The notes under the pieces: generated by a model
What the model was told of the DNA's origin: nothing
Database searches by the model: none
What the model saw: the letters and a program-made list of their open reading frames with translations, nothing else
DNA from: Dehalococcoidia bacterium
Lineage (GTDB): Bacteria > Chloroflexota > Dehalococcoidia > Plut-88900
Assembly: GCA_965197585.1 (NCBI GenBank)
Contig: OZ240215.1
Location: 2,784,001-2,848,000 of the forward strand
Length of the DNA stretch: 64,000 nt
Reading direction: 5' to 3'
Made by a program: the position numbers and the translations under genes
Part shown: piece after piece, positions 20,600-31,286 of the stretch
Numbering within the stretch: position 1 is the stretch's first letter
Layout of the letters: the number at the start of each line of letters is the position of its first letter

Positions 20600-21625
20600 G
20601 ACTCACAAACGAAGTGCAACACTTGGTTAAGGTGTTGTCATGGGAAAGAGTTATGGACATGTCACCATTGAAGAGCGATGTGAAGTGGCCCGACTACAAG
20701 CCGCGGGATACTCAGTCCGCCAAATCGCGGCAAGTCTGGATCGCTCGCCATCGACAGTTGCTCAGGAGCTGAAGCGCAATGGTTCAAGAACCCAGGGATA
20801 CGAGCCCAGGTATGCGTACCAACAGGCGCATGCCCGGCGATGGAGCGGGTCCCGGTTGGAGCGGGACAGGGGTCTGCGGGAGCAGGTGCTCTGTCGGCTC
20901 AAGCAGGGCTGGTCTCCGGAGCAGGTGGCGGGTCGGCTGGCGATGGAGTCAGGCAAGAGGGTCATCTCCCATGAGAGCATCTACCGCTTCATATATGGCC
21001 AGATGGCTCGTAAGAAGGAGTATGGGTGGAGACACTACCTTCCTCGAGCCAAGTCGAAGCGGGGCTGGCGAGGGCGCAAAGGGGGCAGTCCTGCCTCCTT
21101 CATGGCTATGCGGCGCCCGATTGCCGAGCGTCCGCAGAGTGCTGCCGACCGCCGGACTCCCGGGCACTGGGAGGCGGACCTGATGCTGTTCAGGACATAT
21201 GAACATGCGGTGCTGACCATGCACGAACGCTATTCCCGCATCCTCATAGCGCTCAGGCCCCCTGGCAAGGCATCCAGGCCCATCGCAGGGGCCATGTCGC
21301 AGGTGCTGGGTCAGTTGCCGCCTGAATGGCACCGGACGGTGACCTTCGATAACGGGACCGAGTTTGCACTCCATTACCGGCTCCACGAACTGGGCATCGA
21401 GACCTTCTTCTGCGATACCCACTCCCCCTGGCAGAAGGGCGGGGTGGAGAACGCTATAGGCCGGTTGCGGCGAACTCTGCCCCGCAAGACGGACTTGGCG
21501 GCGTTGCCCCAGGAGCGGTTTACGCAGATGATTCAGGCCTACAACAATACCCCGCGCAAGTGCCTGGGCTACAGGACTCCGCCAGAGATCTTTTTGGAAA
21601 GCGTGTTGCACTTCAAATGTGAATC
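20600..21625 (+). mobile_element. IS30-family insertion sequence
   Basis: TIRs GACTCACAAACGAAGTGCAACAC / GTGTTGCACTTCAAATGTGAATC. Confidence 0.8.
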
Positions 21626-21716
21626 CACAGGGGGTGGCGGAGTCGTAGAGGATTTCGCCGTCTACTACTGTCATGGAGACGGAAAGGTCTCGGATTTTTT
21701 CGCCGGGGGTGTTTAG
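20640..21716 (+). CDS. IS30-family transposase (reads through the right TIR)
   Basis: WSPEQVAG, SHESIYR, GHWEADL, DNGTEF, SPWQKGGVEN, PRKCLGYRTP. Confidence 0.92.
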   Translation: MGKSYGHVTIEERCEVARLQAAGYSVRQIAASLDRSPSTVAQELKRNGSRTQGYEPRYAYQQAHARRWSGSRLERDRGLREQVLCRLKQGWSPEQVAGRLAMESGKRVISHESIYRFIYGQMARKKEYGWRHYLPRAKSKRGWRGRKGGSPASFMAMRRPIAERPQSAADRRTPGHWEADLMLFRTYEHAVLTMHERYSRILIALRPPGKASRPIAGAMSQVLGQLPPEWHRTVTFDNGTEFALHYRLHELGIETFFCDTHSPWQKGGVENAIGRLRRTLPRKTDLAALPQERFTQMIQAYNNTPRKCLGYRTPPEIFLESVLHFKCESTGGGGVVEDFAVYYCHGDGKVSDFFAGGV

Positions 21717-21743
21717 GATGTCGCCGTCGATGAGGGTGAAGTC

Positions 21744-21818
21744 ATCGTTGGACGGGTTATCCAAATCGCGACTTGCACGGGAGGACAGTCTTATTTCATA
21801 CCTAGGACTTTGACTCAA
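21744..21818 (-). pseudogene. Truncated RelE/ParE-like toxin N-terminus
   Basis: YEIRLSSRASRDLD overlapping the antitoxin-like ORF; cut by the duplicated amidohydrolase tail. Confidence 0.55.
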
Positions 21819-21987
21819 GCCTACGGTCCCGGTATTCGGTGTAGGGGGTAGTGCCTTCGATACCGCGGAGGTTGTATTCTTCTTCTGCCTCCTCCGCTAT
21901 TGCCAAGTCCTCAGCGCTCTGGTTGTCTTCGGGGGCCGGCGGCGATGCACCTATATCTTTCATCGCAGACCTTTCTTTTGGACCCAT
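21802..21987 (-). CDS. Small acidic antitoxin-like protein
   Basis: EDLAIAEEAEEEY...TTPYTEY; GGAGG RBS; overlaps toxin-like fragment. Confidence 0.55.
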   Translation of the reverse strand: MGPKERSAMKDIGASPPAPEDNQSAEDLAIAEEAEEEYNLRGIEGTTPYTEYRDRRLESKS

Positions 21988-22051
21988 CTCACTCCTCCGT
22001 ACCGGTCATTGCAGCTACTTCAATGGCGCCCCGACAACTTTCACACATATA

Positions 22052-22075
22052 GTGAACTTCTGATCAGAAGTTCAC
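22052..22075. promoter_or_regulatory. Perfect 24-bp palindrome (operator or terminator)
   Basis: GTGAACTTCTGATCAGAAGTTCAC. Confidence 0.5.
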
Positions 22076-22089
22076 ACCCGGCACTAGGT

Positions 22090-23715
22090 TTATAGGGCGC
22101 CGGACTGGTAGAGGATTTCGCCGTCTATGACGGTCATTGAGACGGAGAGGTCGCGGATCTTTTCGCCGGGGGTGTTCAGGATGTCGCTGTCGATGAGGGT
22201 GAAGTCGGCGGCCTTGCCGACCTCTATGGAGCCCTTTTCGTTTTCGAGGAAGACACTGTGAGCAGCGTTTATGGTGTAGCCACGGATGGCGTCCTCGACG
22301 CTGATACGCTCGTCCTTGCCCATGTCCTGCCCCTCCATAGTGACCCGGGACACGGCGGCGGAAATGTTGTCCAAGGGTCTAAAGGAGACCACGGGTGAGT
22401 CGGTGCTGAGGACGATGGGGATGCCGAGGTCGAGCTCCGAGCGGAGGGGGATGAGCTTGCGCGCCCTCTCGGGGCCGAGGTTCGTCAGGAAGCCGTCGCC
22501 GTTGTAGTAAAGATAAGAGGGCTGGGATATTGCCAGGATGCCGAGCTTGGCCATGCGCTCAAGGTACTCGATGGGGTAGCCACAGTGCTCAATGCGGTGT
22601 CGGTGGTCCTCCCTCGGGTGCTCTTTCAGGATCTGTTCCCACGCCCCGACAATCTGGTCCATGGCCTCGTCGCCCTGGCCGTGGGTGCCGGTGTGGAGTC
22701 CCGAAGTGTGGGCATCTTCGAGCAGGTCCTTCAGCTCGTCGCGGTCCCAGTAGGTGTAGCCGTAGGTGTCGGGTGGGTTGATGTAGGGGCTCTTGAAAGC
22801 GGCGGTGCAGCCTATGAGGGAGCCGTCCGAGTAGCATTTGATGGTTCCGCCGGAGAGATATTTGTCGCCCATGAAGCCCAGAACGCCGAGGGCCTTGACG
22901 TCCTTCAGGTGGTTGGACAGATACATGCAGTGGGTCTTGACTGTGAGAAGGCCGCGGTTGCGGGCCTCGACGTAGGCGGGCATTTCTCGGGCGGTGACCT
23001 GGGCATCGACGATGGAGGTGAGGCCCTCCTTGTGGTAGGCCTTGCAGGTGTCCCCGATGATGTCGACGAGCTCGCTGACGGGGGTGTCCAGTCCAGGGTC
23101 GGGGCCGTGGTTTCCGACATCGACCGCGCCCTTGATGACCTCTCGCTGGGCCGAGTCGAGCAGCATACCCGTGACCCGACCCTTTTCGTCGCGGACGAAC
23201 CGGCCACCCTTGGGATCCTGGACGTTGTCGTCGATGCCGGCTTGTTCGAGGGCGATTGAGTTTACGAGAGCGAAGTGGCCGGAGGTGTGGACTATGACGA
23301 CGGGATGCCTGCTGCTGACATCGTCGATCTCCCAGCGGGTGGGCATGCTGGCGCCCGGGTACTTGGCGTAGTCCATGCCCCAGCCACGTATCCACTCGCC
23401 CTCGGGGGTCTCCTCGGCGGCGTTGGCTATGCCGGAGGAGAGTTCCTGGACGGAGCCGACAACGGGGTACCGGGCGTCGAGCTGCTGCATGGTCGAGCCG
23501 ACGTGGACCATGTGGTTGTGTGCGTCCATCAAGCCGGGGAGGAGGGTCTTGCCACCGATCTCGACGATCCTGGTGTCGGGGGGGAGGTGCTTGCGGACCT
23601 CCTCGGCGGGGCCGACGCGCCGGATGCGGCCCTCGTTGGCGTAGACGCCGGTGACTATGGAGTTTTTGGGGTCGGAGGTGAATATCTTGCCGCCGAGGAA
23701 GGCTATGCCGGGCAT
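22090..23715 (-). CDS. Amidohydrolase 3 family (YtcJ-like)
   Basis: PGLMDAHNH, RHRIEHC, STDSPV, KGSIEVGKAADF. Confidence 0.92.
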   Translation of the reverse strand: MPGIAFLGGKIFTSDPKNSIVTGVYANEGRIRRVGPAEEVRKHLPPDTRIVEIGGKTLLPGLMDAHNHMVHVGSTMQQLDARYPVVGSVQELSSGIANAAEETPEGEWIRGWGMDYAKYPGASMPTRWEIDDVSSRHPVVIVHTSGHFALVNSIALEQAGIDDNVQDPKGGRFVRDEKGRVTGMLLDSAQREVIKGAVDVGNHGPDPGLDTPVSELVDIIGDTCKAYHKEGLTSIVDAQVTAREMPAYVEARNRGLLTVKTHCMYLSNHLKDVKALGVLGFMGDKYLSGGTIKCYSDGSLIGCTAAFKSPYINPPDTYGYTYWDRDELKDLLEDAHTSGLHTGTHGQGDEAMDQIVGAWEQILKEHPREDHRHRIEHCGYPIEYLERMAKLGILAISQPSYLYYNGDGFLTNLGPERARKLIPLRSELDLGIPIVLSTDSPVVSFRPLDNISAAVSRVTMEGQDMGKDERISVEDAIRGYTINAAHSVFLENEKGSIEVGKAADFTLIDSDILNTPGEKIRDLSVSMTVIDGEILYQSGAL

Positions 23716-23924
23716 TTTTGTCTCCGATTCATAGAGTACTTACGGTTGCGAATACCTATATTACCTGACGACTTAGATTATCACTTACCGCTCCCCAGTG
23801 GGGATGGACCCCGGTTCGGCGCTGGGTGATACGTTCACGGTACACCCCACTCAGCCCCGGGAACCCTTACCCCCTTGGTCCCCCTCTCCCTTAGGGCCTT
23901 CAAGGGAGAGGGGGAGATGAGAAC

Positions 23925-23965
23925 AGAGGGCCGCACCTGCGCATTTTGCGCAGGTGCGGCCCTCT
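23925..23965. repeat. Perfect 18-bp-stem hairpin
   Basis: AGAGGGCCGCACCTGCGC-ATTTT-GCGCAGGTGCGGCCCTCT. Confidence 0.7.
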
Positions 23966-24050
23966 AGTTCAGTACTAAGGGGACGAATGGATTCCGGCTC
24001 GGAGGCCGGATTGACGGCTGTATGGGAGTTTAGTTCTCTCCGCGCGGTGG

Positions 24051-25472
24051 TTATGAGACTGGAGGTCTAGCGTCGGCCCAGGGGAAGGCTTGCTCGTAGG
24101 CGGCGGAGGCTCGGAGGACGGTGGCTTCGTCGCCGGTCTGGCCGATGACGTGGAGCCCGACAGGCATGCCGTCTAAGAAGCCGCAGGGGATGCTGGCGGC
24201 AGTCTGGCCGCTCATGTTGATGGGGAAGGTGTGGGGTATGTAGCCGAGATGTGGCGGCAGCCTCTTGCCGCCGACCTCCTGGGGCGCCTGCCCAACGGGG
24301 AATGCCACCGTGGGCATGGTGGGGCTCATCAGCAGGTCATACTCGTCGAGGAGCTCTTCGAACCGGAGCTTGACCAGGTTCACCTGGTGGAGAGCCTGGG
24401 CCAGGGCGGCCCCACTTGTGGCTTTGCCCTGCTCCAGGCTGTAGCGGCCATATGAAGTGAGCTCTGCGACGTTGGAGTTCAGGAGGTGGCCGTAGGAGCT
24501 GTAGGCGGATGTGCTGAACATGGTCCAGAAGGCTCGGAAGGGATTTTGCAGGCCGACATCCACCTCCTCGACAGTTGCGCCGAGGGACTCAAAATTGCGG
24601 GCCGCGGCTTCGGAGATACGTAGGACTTCGGGATCGACGGGGGTGTAGCCGTAGTCGGGGGTCCAGCCAATCCTGAGGCCCTTGACGCCGTCATTGAGGC
24701 CGGATACGAAGTCCGGGACGGGGGCCTTGAGGGACATCGGGTCCCGGGGGTCGTGGCCCGAGAGCACTTGCAGAAGGATAGCCGAGTCCTTGACCGTGCG
24801 AGACATGGGGCCCGACTGGGAGAACAGGTTGGCGGTGGCAGGGCCTCGGCCGACGCTGCCGTAGCGGGGCACGCGGAGCTGGGTCGGCTTGATGCCGTAG
24901 ACGCCACAGAAGCTGGCGGGGATTCGGATAGAGCCTCCGCCGTCTGAGCCGGTGGCCAAGGTACAGAGACCTGCAATGAGGGCCGCACCCGCGCCGCCGC
25001 TGGACCCGCCGCTGGTGCGCTCGGTGTTCCAGGGGTTTCTGCATGCCTCGCCGAGAAGGTTCTCGGTGGTGCCGGACTGGCCGAACTCGGGGGTGTTGGT
25101 CTTGCCGAGGATGATTGCCCCGGCCTGCCGGACCCGCTCTACGGCGACGGAATCTTCGTCGGGGACGTGGTCTCGGAAGACGTAGCAGCCCATCGTGCTG
25201 CGGATACCCTTGGAGAACTCCAGGTCCTTGATGGATATGGGGACGCCGTGAAGGGGCCCGAGGTCGTCGCCGCGGGCGACGGCTGCTTCAGCATCGGCGG
25301 CCGTCTCGCGGGCGAGGTCGGCGGTGACGGTCAGATAGGAGTTGAGCTTGGGGTCAAGGGAGTCGATGCGGTCAAGGAAGAGGTCGGTGAGCTCTCTGGG
25401 AGAGAGTTCCTTGGAAGCGATCATGTCTCGGACCTGCCAGGCCGGGGCGAATGCGAGATCGGCATTGTTCAT
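24051..25472 (-). CDS. Amidase signature family enzyme
   Basis: GKTNTPEFG, GGSSGGAGA, GSDGGGSIRIPA. Confidence 0.93.
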   Translation of the reverse strand: MNNADLAFAPAWQVRDMIASKELSPRELTDLFLDRIDSLDPKLNSYLTVTADLARETAADAEAAVARGDDLGPLHGVPISIKDLEFSKGIRSTMGCYVFRDHVPDEDSVAVERVRQAGAIILGKTNTPEFGQSGTTENLLGEACRNPWNTERTSGGSSGGAGAALIAGLCTLATGSDGGGSIRIPASFCGVYGIKPTQLRVPRYGSVGRGPATANLFSQSGPMSRTVKDSAILLQVLSGHDPRDPMSLKAPVPDFVSGLNDGVKGLRIGWTPDYGYTPVDPEVLRISEAAARNFESLGATVEEVDVGLQNPFRAFWTMFSTSAYSSYGHLLNSNVAELTSYGRYSLEQGKATSGAALAQALHQVNLVKLRFEELLDEYDLLMSPTMPTVAFPVGQAPQEVGGKRLPPHLGYIPHTFPINMSGQTAASIPCGFLDGMPVGLHVIGQTGDEATVLRASAAYEQAFPWADARPPVS

Positions 25473-25519
25473 GGGGTACCTCCGGTGGGGTGGGGGTGTG
25501 TCGATTGGCGTCTATAGTA

Positions 25520-26680
25520 TCACGCAGGCTCGACCGGCGAGGGCAGGTTCCGCAAGTTGTCTAGGACTTTCTCCAGACGTTTAGCGATAATGTCTATGTT
25601 GTCACTAGCGTCCTGATGCTTGACGATCCAGGCATCTAGGCCCTCATGTGGGTATCTGGTGACGAAAGTGTCATCCTTGAACTCGGCTGCCCACGTCTTC
25701 AGGATTTCGTTTAGCCCAGGTGGCTCGTCCTCATACACATAGTTACTCATGCCGAAGGTGAATTCCTTAGTGCCCATCCAGCCGGAGTAATCGGGGAAAG
25801 GGTTGATCCATGCAAGAGATAGAGGACGGGACCAAGCAGGTGGACGATAGCGAATGCTAAATCCCACGCTTCCCCCCCTTGCTTCGGCACCTTTTTCCCT
25901 AGCGACTTTAACCAAACGCTCCGTAGCATCCCGAACCCGTTCATTCGGCATTTCATCAAGGATTTGATTTATAGTCTTATGGTCCCGCTTTTTAGATGAA
26001 CGGTCAGGGGCGGAGGCTGTACGGCCGATGACTCGGGGAACGAGGGTGCTCCCCTTTTCACCTGCGAATTGCTTGACTTCTACGGCAAGGACTTCCGTGC
26101 GAGGCATTTGTTCGTTGAGGAACTCCACCACTCGGGCGAGTTCACTAGGGATGGAGTCGGCGACGAAGAGGAGACGGAGGTGGGCGGAGCGGAGGTTGGT
26201 CTCGACATCTTGCCAGAATCTCTCTACGTCAGGCTCGTCATCCGGTTGCAGGAGTATTGTCAATTCCTCGCTCGGATCGGTCCCTTCTGACTTGCAGCGT
26301 TCTTCAAAGGCCTGCCGAATGTCAGCGATACCCCAAGTCTGTGTAGCGTGAGCGGCATAGTCCATCATTTGCCCGACAATGGAGCGCCGAATTTCCGAAT
26401 TCTCAGAACGTTTGGCTTCGACCAGGGTGGGTATTGCATCCTGGTCTATCAGAAGGTGGTCCAGAGACCAGCGCTCACTTCCACCCACGATGTCGGCGAT
26501 GCCCTGCTCCCGGCCTATGAGAATCCAGCGTCGAGGGTTGTTGGGATCCATCTGCTCCCCCGACAACAATTTAGGGTATTTGGCAACCAGTTCCTGCAAC
26601 TTGTCTTCCAGAGCGAACCGCTCTTCGGTCATGGGTTCAAGGTTTCCATGTTCGTTTAGGTGATAGATTTCTTCCAGCAT
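25520..26680 (-). CDS. Hypothetical PD-(D/E)XK (NucS-like) nuclease-fold protein
   Basis: E-x2-LQ, GRE, LDHLLID...LVEAKR, GQMMDYA; lower GC. Confidence 0.65.
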   Translation of the reverse strand: MLEEIYHLNEHGNLEPMTEERFALEDKLQELVAKYPKLLSGEQMDPNNPRRWILIGREQGIADIVGGSERWSLDHLLIDQDAIPTLVEAKRSENSEIRRSIVGQMMDYAAHATQTWGIADIRQAFEERCKSEGTDPSEELTILLQPDDEPDVERFWQDVETNLRSAHLRLLFVADSIPSELARVVEFLNEQMPRTEVLAVEVKQFAGEKGSTLVPRVIGRTASAPDRSSKKRDHKTINQILDEMPNERVRDATERLVKVAREKGAEARGGSVGFSIRYRPPAWSRPLSLAWINPFPDYSGWMGTKEFTFGMSNYVYEDEPPGLNEILKTWAAEFKDDTFVTRYPHEGLDAWIVKHQDASDNIDIIAKRLEKVLDNLRNLPSPVEPA

Positions 26681-26724
26681 TCTTGGGTCTCCTCATTCAG
26701 ATCAGTGGCGTGGTTGGGAAAGTC

Positions 26725-27834
<1,110 letters not shown>

Positions 27835-27873
27835 AGATTCCTCGCGGGGCCGCGAAATGACAGGGAGAGTGGC

Positions 27874-28875
27874 TCACGGCGCTAGCGCGCGGATGACTTC
27901 TTTAGTGCGTTCGGCGGCGTTGGGGCCCGAGGTGCGGGGGGTGATGATGGGGAGGGTTACGCCTGCGTCACGGTAGGCTTGTATGCGGTCTCGGCATTCG
28001 TCCGGGGCACCGACGATGGCTAGGGAGCGGAGCATGGAGTCGGGGACGAGGGACTCGAGCGCCGGGCCTCGTTTGCCTTCCAGGTAGGCGGCTCGGATGG
28101 CGGAGGCCTCGTCGGGGAAGCCGTTCTGTGCAAGGGCCCGGTTGTAGCGAGGGAAGAAGCCAGCGTAGAAACCCGTGGCCTTGCGTATGCCTTCGAGGTC
28201 GGCGGGGCCGTCGGTGGAGACGACGGTGGTTATGAGGTCGGCGATGGCTATGTCCTTGGGGTCACGGCCCGCGGCACGGGCCCCTTCGGCAACTACCTTG
28301 GCGGCTTTGGCTGCGCCGGACAGCGTGGTCCAGGTGAGGATAGTCCCGTCGGTTATTTCGCCGCAAGTGCGGAGCATCTTGTCGAATACGGCGGCGGCGT
28401 AGATGGGGACCTCGGGGTGGAGGGTGGGGAGCCAGAAGTCGAACCTGTCGATGTCCAGGACCGACCCTTTATAGGAGACCTCGCCGTCTCGGAGGAGGGC
28501 GCGGATGACGTCAATGTACTCCCGGAGTCGGGTGATGGGCTTTTCGTAGGGGACGCTGTGCTCGCCCTCTACCTGGACCTTGTGGCTCGAGCCGAGACCC
28601 AGGATGAATCTGCCCTGGGAGAAGTGGTCGAGGCAGGCGGCGGCCATGGCGATGGTGGGGGCGCTGCGCACGAAGACGCTGACAATGGATGTGCCGAGCT
28701 TGATCCTTTCAGTGGCGAGGGCGCAGGCAGTAAGGGTGGTGAACTGGTCGCCGCCGTGGCCCTCGGAGAGCCAGAAGGAGTCGTAGCCGAGCTGGTCGGC
28801 GAGCCGGCAGCACTCGACGACCTCCAAGGGGGTCATGTCCTGGCCGCTAAGGCCTATTCCTAGTGGGGTTTTCAT
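27874..28875 (-). CDS. LLM-class flavin/F420-dependent oxidoreductase
   Basis: LGYDSFWLSE, TERIKLGT, SQGRFILGLGS. Confidence 0.9.
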   Translation of the reverse strand: MKTPLGIGLSGQDMTPLEVVECCRLADQLGYDSFWLSEGHGGDQFTTLTACALATERIKLGTSIVSVFVRSAPTIAMAAACLDHFSQGRFILGLGSSHKVQVEGEHSVPYEKPITRLREYIDVIRALLRDGEVSYKGSVLDIDRFDFWLPTLHPEVPIYAAAVFDKMLRTCGEITDGTILTWTTLSGAAKAAKVVAEGARAAGRDPKDIAIADLITTVVSTDGPADLEGIRKATGFYAGFFPRYNRALAQNGFPDEASAIRAAYLEGKRGPALESLVPDSMLRSLAIVGAPDECRDRIQAYRDAGVTLPIITPRTSGPNAAERTKEVIRALAP

Positions 28876-29288
28876 GGTGGGGGGATTATACGGGAAGGGG
28901 ATACGGACAAGGGAATCCACAGCACAGTAATCAATTCTGTCATCCTTCGGCTCGCTCATACTTCGACGGGCTCAGCACGAGCGGGTGAGTGGTCGCTTCG
29001 GAGGAAAGGAATCACCCTCACCCTAGCCCTTTGTCAAAGGGTCTAGTGAAGGACTTGCATAACTGGCCGCTTAAACGGGCGTGATCCACCCCTCGCTCAT
29101 ACTTCGAGAGCCTCCCGCCTGAGGCGGATCTGCGACAGCACGAGCGGCCCCACCCCAGGAAGGGGGATTGGGAAGGATTTAGGGGTTGAATGGCTTGACG
29201 GGAACGGGGAAGTCGAGTATTACGGGTCGGGAAATGGAGGGATATTTTGGTCAAGTCTCGAAGAGACGCAGGGAAAGCTGACTGACAG

Positions 29289-29678
29289 ATGAATTTCGCC
29301 GAAGCCATATCGTCCGTAGTGCAGAGCCTAGTGCTGCCATACGGCTACACACTATCCATATGGTCGGCTGGGATATTGGCGGTCTTCAGGTACGGGGCAC
29401 CGAAGCGGGTGGACCCGCTGTTGTTCGTGGTGGGGGCCGTGATCGGCTTCATGGTGTTCAACATCCCGACCTACTGGACGATTTCGGGACAGGAGCAGTT
29501 GGATGTTCAGGTGCCAACTGTGGCGCTGCTGAACATCGTGCCCCTGGCGGCCGTAGTAGTATCCACCCTGCTGATACGGCTAATCCAGAGCGAGTGGTTA
29601 GGCTATTTCCTGAGCGGGTTCAGTGCGACGGTGGTTTACATCGGCAGCCTGAGCCTGCTGCTCTGGGGCTTCGGCTAG
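29289..29678 (+). CDS. Small membrane protein
   Basis: Four hydrophobic segments; PYGYTLSIW. Confidence 0.7.
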   Translation: MNFAEAISSVVQSLVLPYGYTLSIWSAGILAVFRYGAPKRVDPLLFVVGAVIGFMVFNIPTYWTISGQEQLDVQVPTVALLNIVPLAAVVVSTLLIRLIQSEWLGYFLSGFSATVVYIGSLSLLLWGFG

Positions 29679-30346
29679 CTGCGCTTCGGGATGCGGGGGA
29701 CTAGCCAAGTGAGAAAGGCGTCGTCGCTTCTCGACTGCAGGAAGATCTTCCCGGGCCCCGTGAGCTCGCAGACAAGGCCCTCGCCGCTGAACAGGGTCGA
29801 CTTCAGCCCCCCGACTCGGGTCACCTTGTAGCCAACGTTCTCGTCGAAGGCAACCATGTGGCCCGTATCGACGATATAGGTTTCTCCGTGGCGCAGCTCC
29901 TTGGCATGGATTGCGCCGTAGCTGGAGAGGAAGAGGTCGCCGGAGCCCTGTACCCGGAGTAGGAAGAGGCCCTCCTTCGAGAAGAAGGTCTTTGCGCCGC
30001 CCCACTGGGTGTCGACGGAGATGGCCTTGGAGCAGGCCAGGTAGGCCCCGGAGGTGACCATGATAGTCTGGTTGCGCATGTCCATGTGGAGAACGTCGCC
30101 GGGGAGAGGGGGAGCGAGAGTGATCTCGCCGGCTTCGTCGGCGCGGAACGTGTTCATGAAGAAGCTCTCACCACTGAGGAATTTGCGGGCGAGGCCACCT
30201 AAAAGGCCGCCGCGCGCGGAGGTCTCGATGTTGATGCCGGAGGACATGCTTACCATTGCGCCGGCCTCGGCGACTATTTCATCGCCGCGCTCCATGCTGA
30301 GGACGGCCAGGGCGTAGGAGGGTTTGTAAAGAATTTCGTGCTTCAC
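29675..30346 (-). CDS. TIGR00266/AIM24 family protein
   Basis: AEAGAMVSMS, GESFFMN, VDTGHMVAF, SGEGLV, GPGKIFLQSR. Confidence 0.9.
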   Translation of the reverse strand: MKHEILYKPSYALAVLSMERGDEIVAEAGAMVSMSSGINIETSARGGLLGGLARKFLSGESFFMNTFRADEAGEITLAPPLPGDVLHMDMRNQTIMVTSGAYLACSKAISVDTQWGGAKTFFSKEGLFLLRVQGSGDLFLSSYGAIHAKELRHGETYIVDTGHMVAFDENVGYKVTRVGGLKSTLFSGEGLVCELTGPGKIFLQSRSDDAFLTWLVPRIPKRS

Positions 30347-30504
30347 TTTTGAACCTCTTTTCGAAAATGCTGATTGAGAGTCTCCGTATATTGTAACGCT
30401 ACGATAGGGGAACGGGTACGACTTTCAACGATGGGCAGGGTGTATCATGACCCCGTCCCGAGACAAAGGGCTGCCCCGAAACCCGGCGCGCAGGAGGTTA
30501 CGAC

Positions 30505-31281
30505 ATGGACTACGAGCTGATCATCTACGAGAAGGCCGACGGAATTGCGACCATCACCCTGAACCGGCCGAAACAGTTGAACGCGCTTAACCACCAGACC
30601 TTCGACGAGATGCTGGACGCGCTGGCGGACGCGGCCTCGGACCCGGAAGTGCGGGTGCTGGTGCTGAAGGGTGTAGGCCGTGCGTTCAGCGCGGGGGACG
30701 ACCTGAAGGGCATGGGTAAGACTTCACGAAGGATAGGCACGGACAAGTTTTCCGTCCAATTGGAGGGGCCGCCGGGGATGGTAAAAGCGCTGCGGGGTTT
30801 CCTGAAGCCGGTGATAGCTCAGCTGCACGGATACGCCCTCGGCGGGGCGTTTGAGGTAGCGCTGGCAGCAGATCTGATCATAGCCGCAGAGGATGCGAGG
30901 CTGGGGATTCCGTACGTGCAGCGGGGCCTGGCGTCGGGGACTTACTCGTTACTGGTGGCCGCCGGGTATCGGAAGGCCTGCGAAATCCTGTTTCTGGGGG
31001 ACTGGGTGAGCGGCAAGGAGGCGGAGCGGATAGGTCTGGTGAACAAGGCGGTCCCCGCTGAGGAACTGGACGAGGCCGTGGGTGAGTGGGCCGGGAGGCT
31101 GGCCAAGGGCGCCACGACATCCATCGCCTACATGAAGAAGTCGATGAATGCGTTCATAGACTGGGATAGGGGTCTCACTTTACAGACACTGATAGAGCAG
31201 CCTGTTTCGGACTCAGAGGATGCGCAGGAGGGGCGACGGTCTTTCATGGAGAAGCGGGAGCCGGAGTTCAAGGGGCGGTAA
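30505..31281 (+). CDS. Enoyl-CoA hydratase/isomerase family
   Basis: ITLNRP, FSAGDDL, GYALGGAFE, EKREPEFKGR. Confidence 0.92.
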   Translation: MDYELIIYEKADGIATITLNRPKQLNALNHQTFDEMLDALADAASDPEVRVLVLKGVGRAFSAGDDLKGMGKTSRRIGTDKFSVQLEGPPGMVKALRGFLKPVIAQLHGYALGGAFEVALAADLIIAAEDARLGIPYVQRGLASGTYSLLVAAGYRKACEILFLGDWVSGKEAERIGLVNKAVPAEELDEAVGEWAGRLAKGATTSIAYMKKSMNAFIDWDRGLTLQTLIEQPVSDSEDAQEGRRSFMEKREPEFKGR

Positions 31282-31286
31282 CAGGA

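Noticed and set aside
20949-21818. 289-aa fusion ORF
   Set aside because: Accidental chimera of a toxin fragment, the duplicated amidohydrolase tail and IS30 antisense sequence.
21645-22206. Duplicate as a DGR template/variable repeat pair
   Set aside because: Differences are not adenine-specific, are mostly silent, and no reverse transcriptase is present.
29249-29288. Small hairpin set (GTCTC-GAA-GAGAC, CAG-GGAAAG-CTG) resembling a c-di-GMP riboswitch
   Set aside because: Too short and lacks the conserved core; cannot be supported without an Rfam scan.
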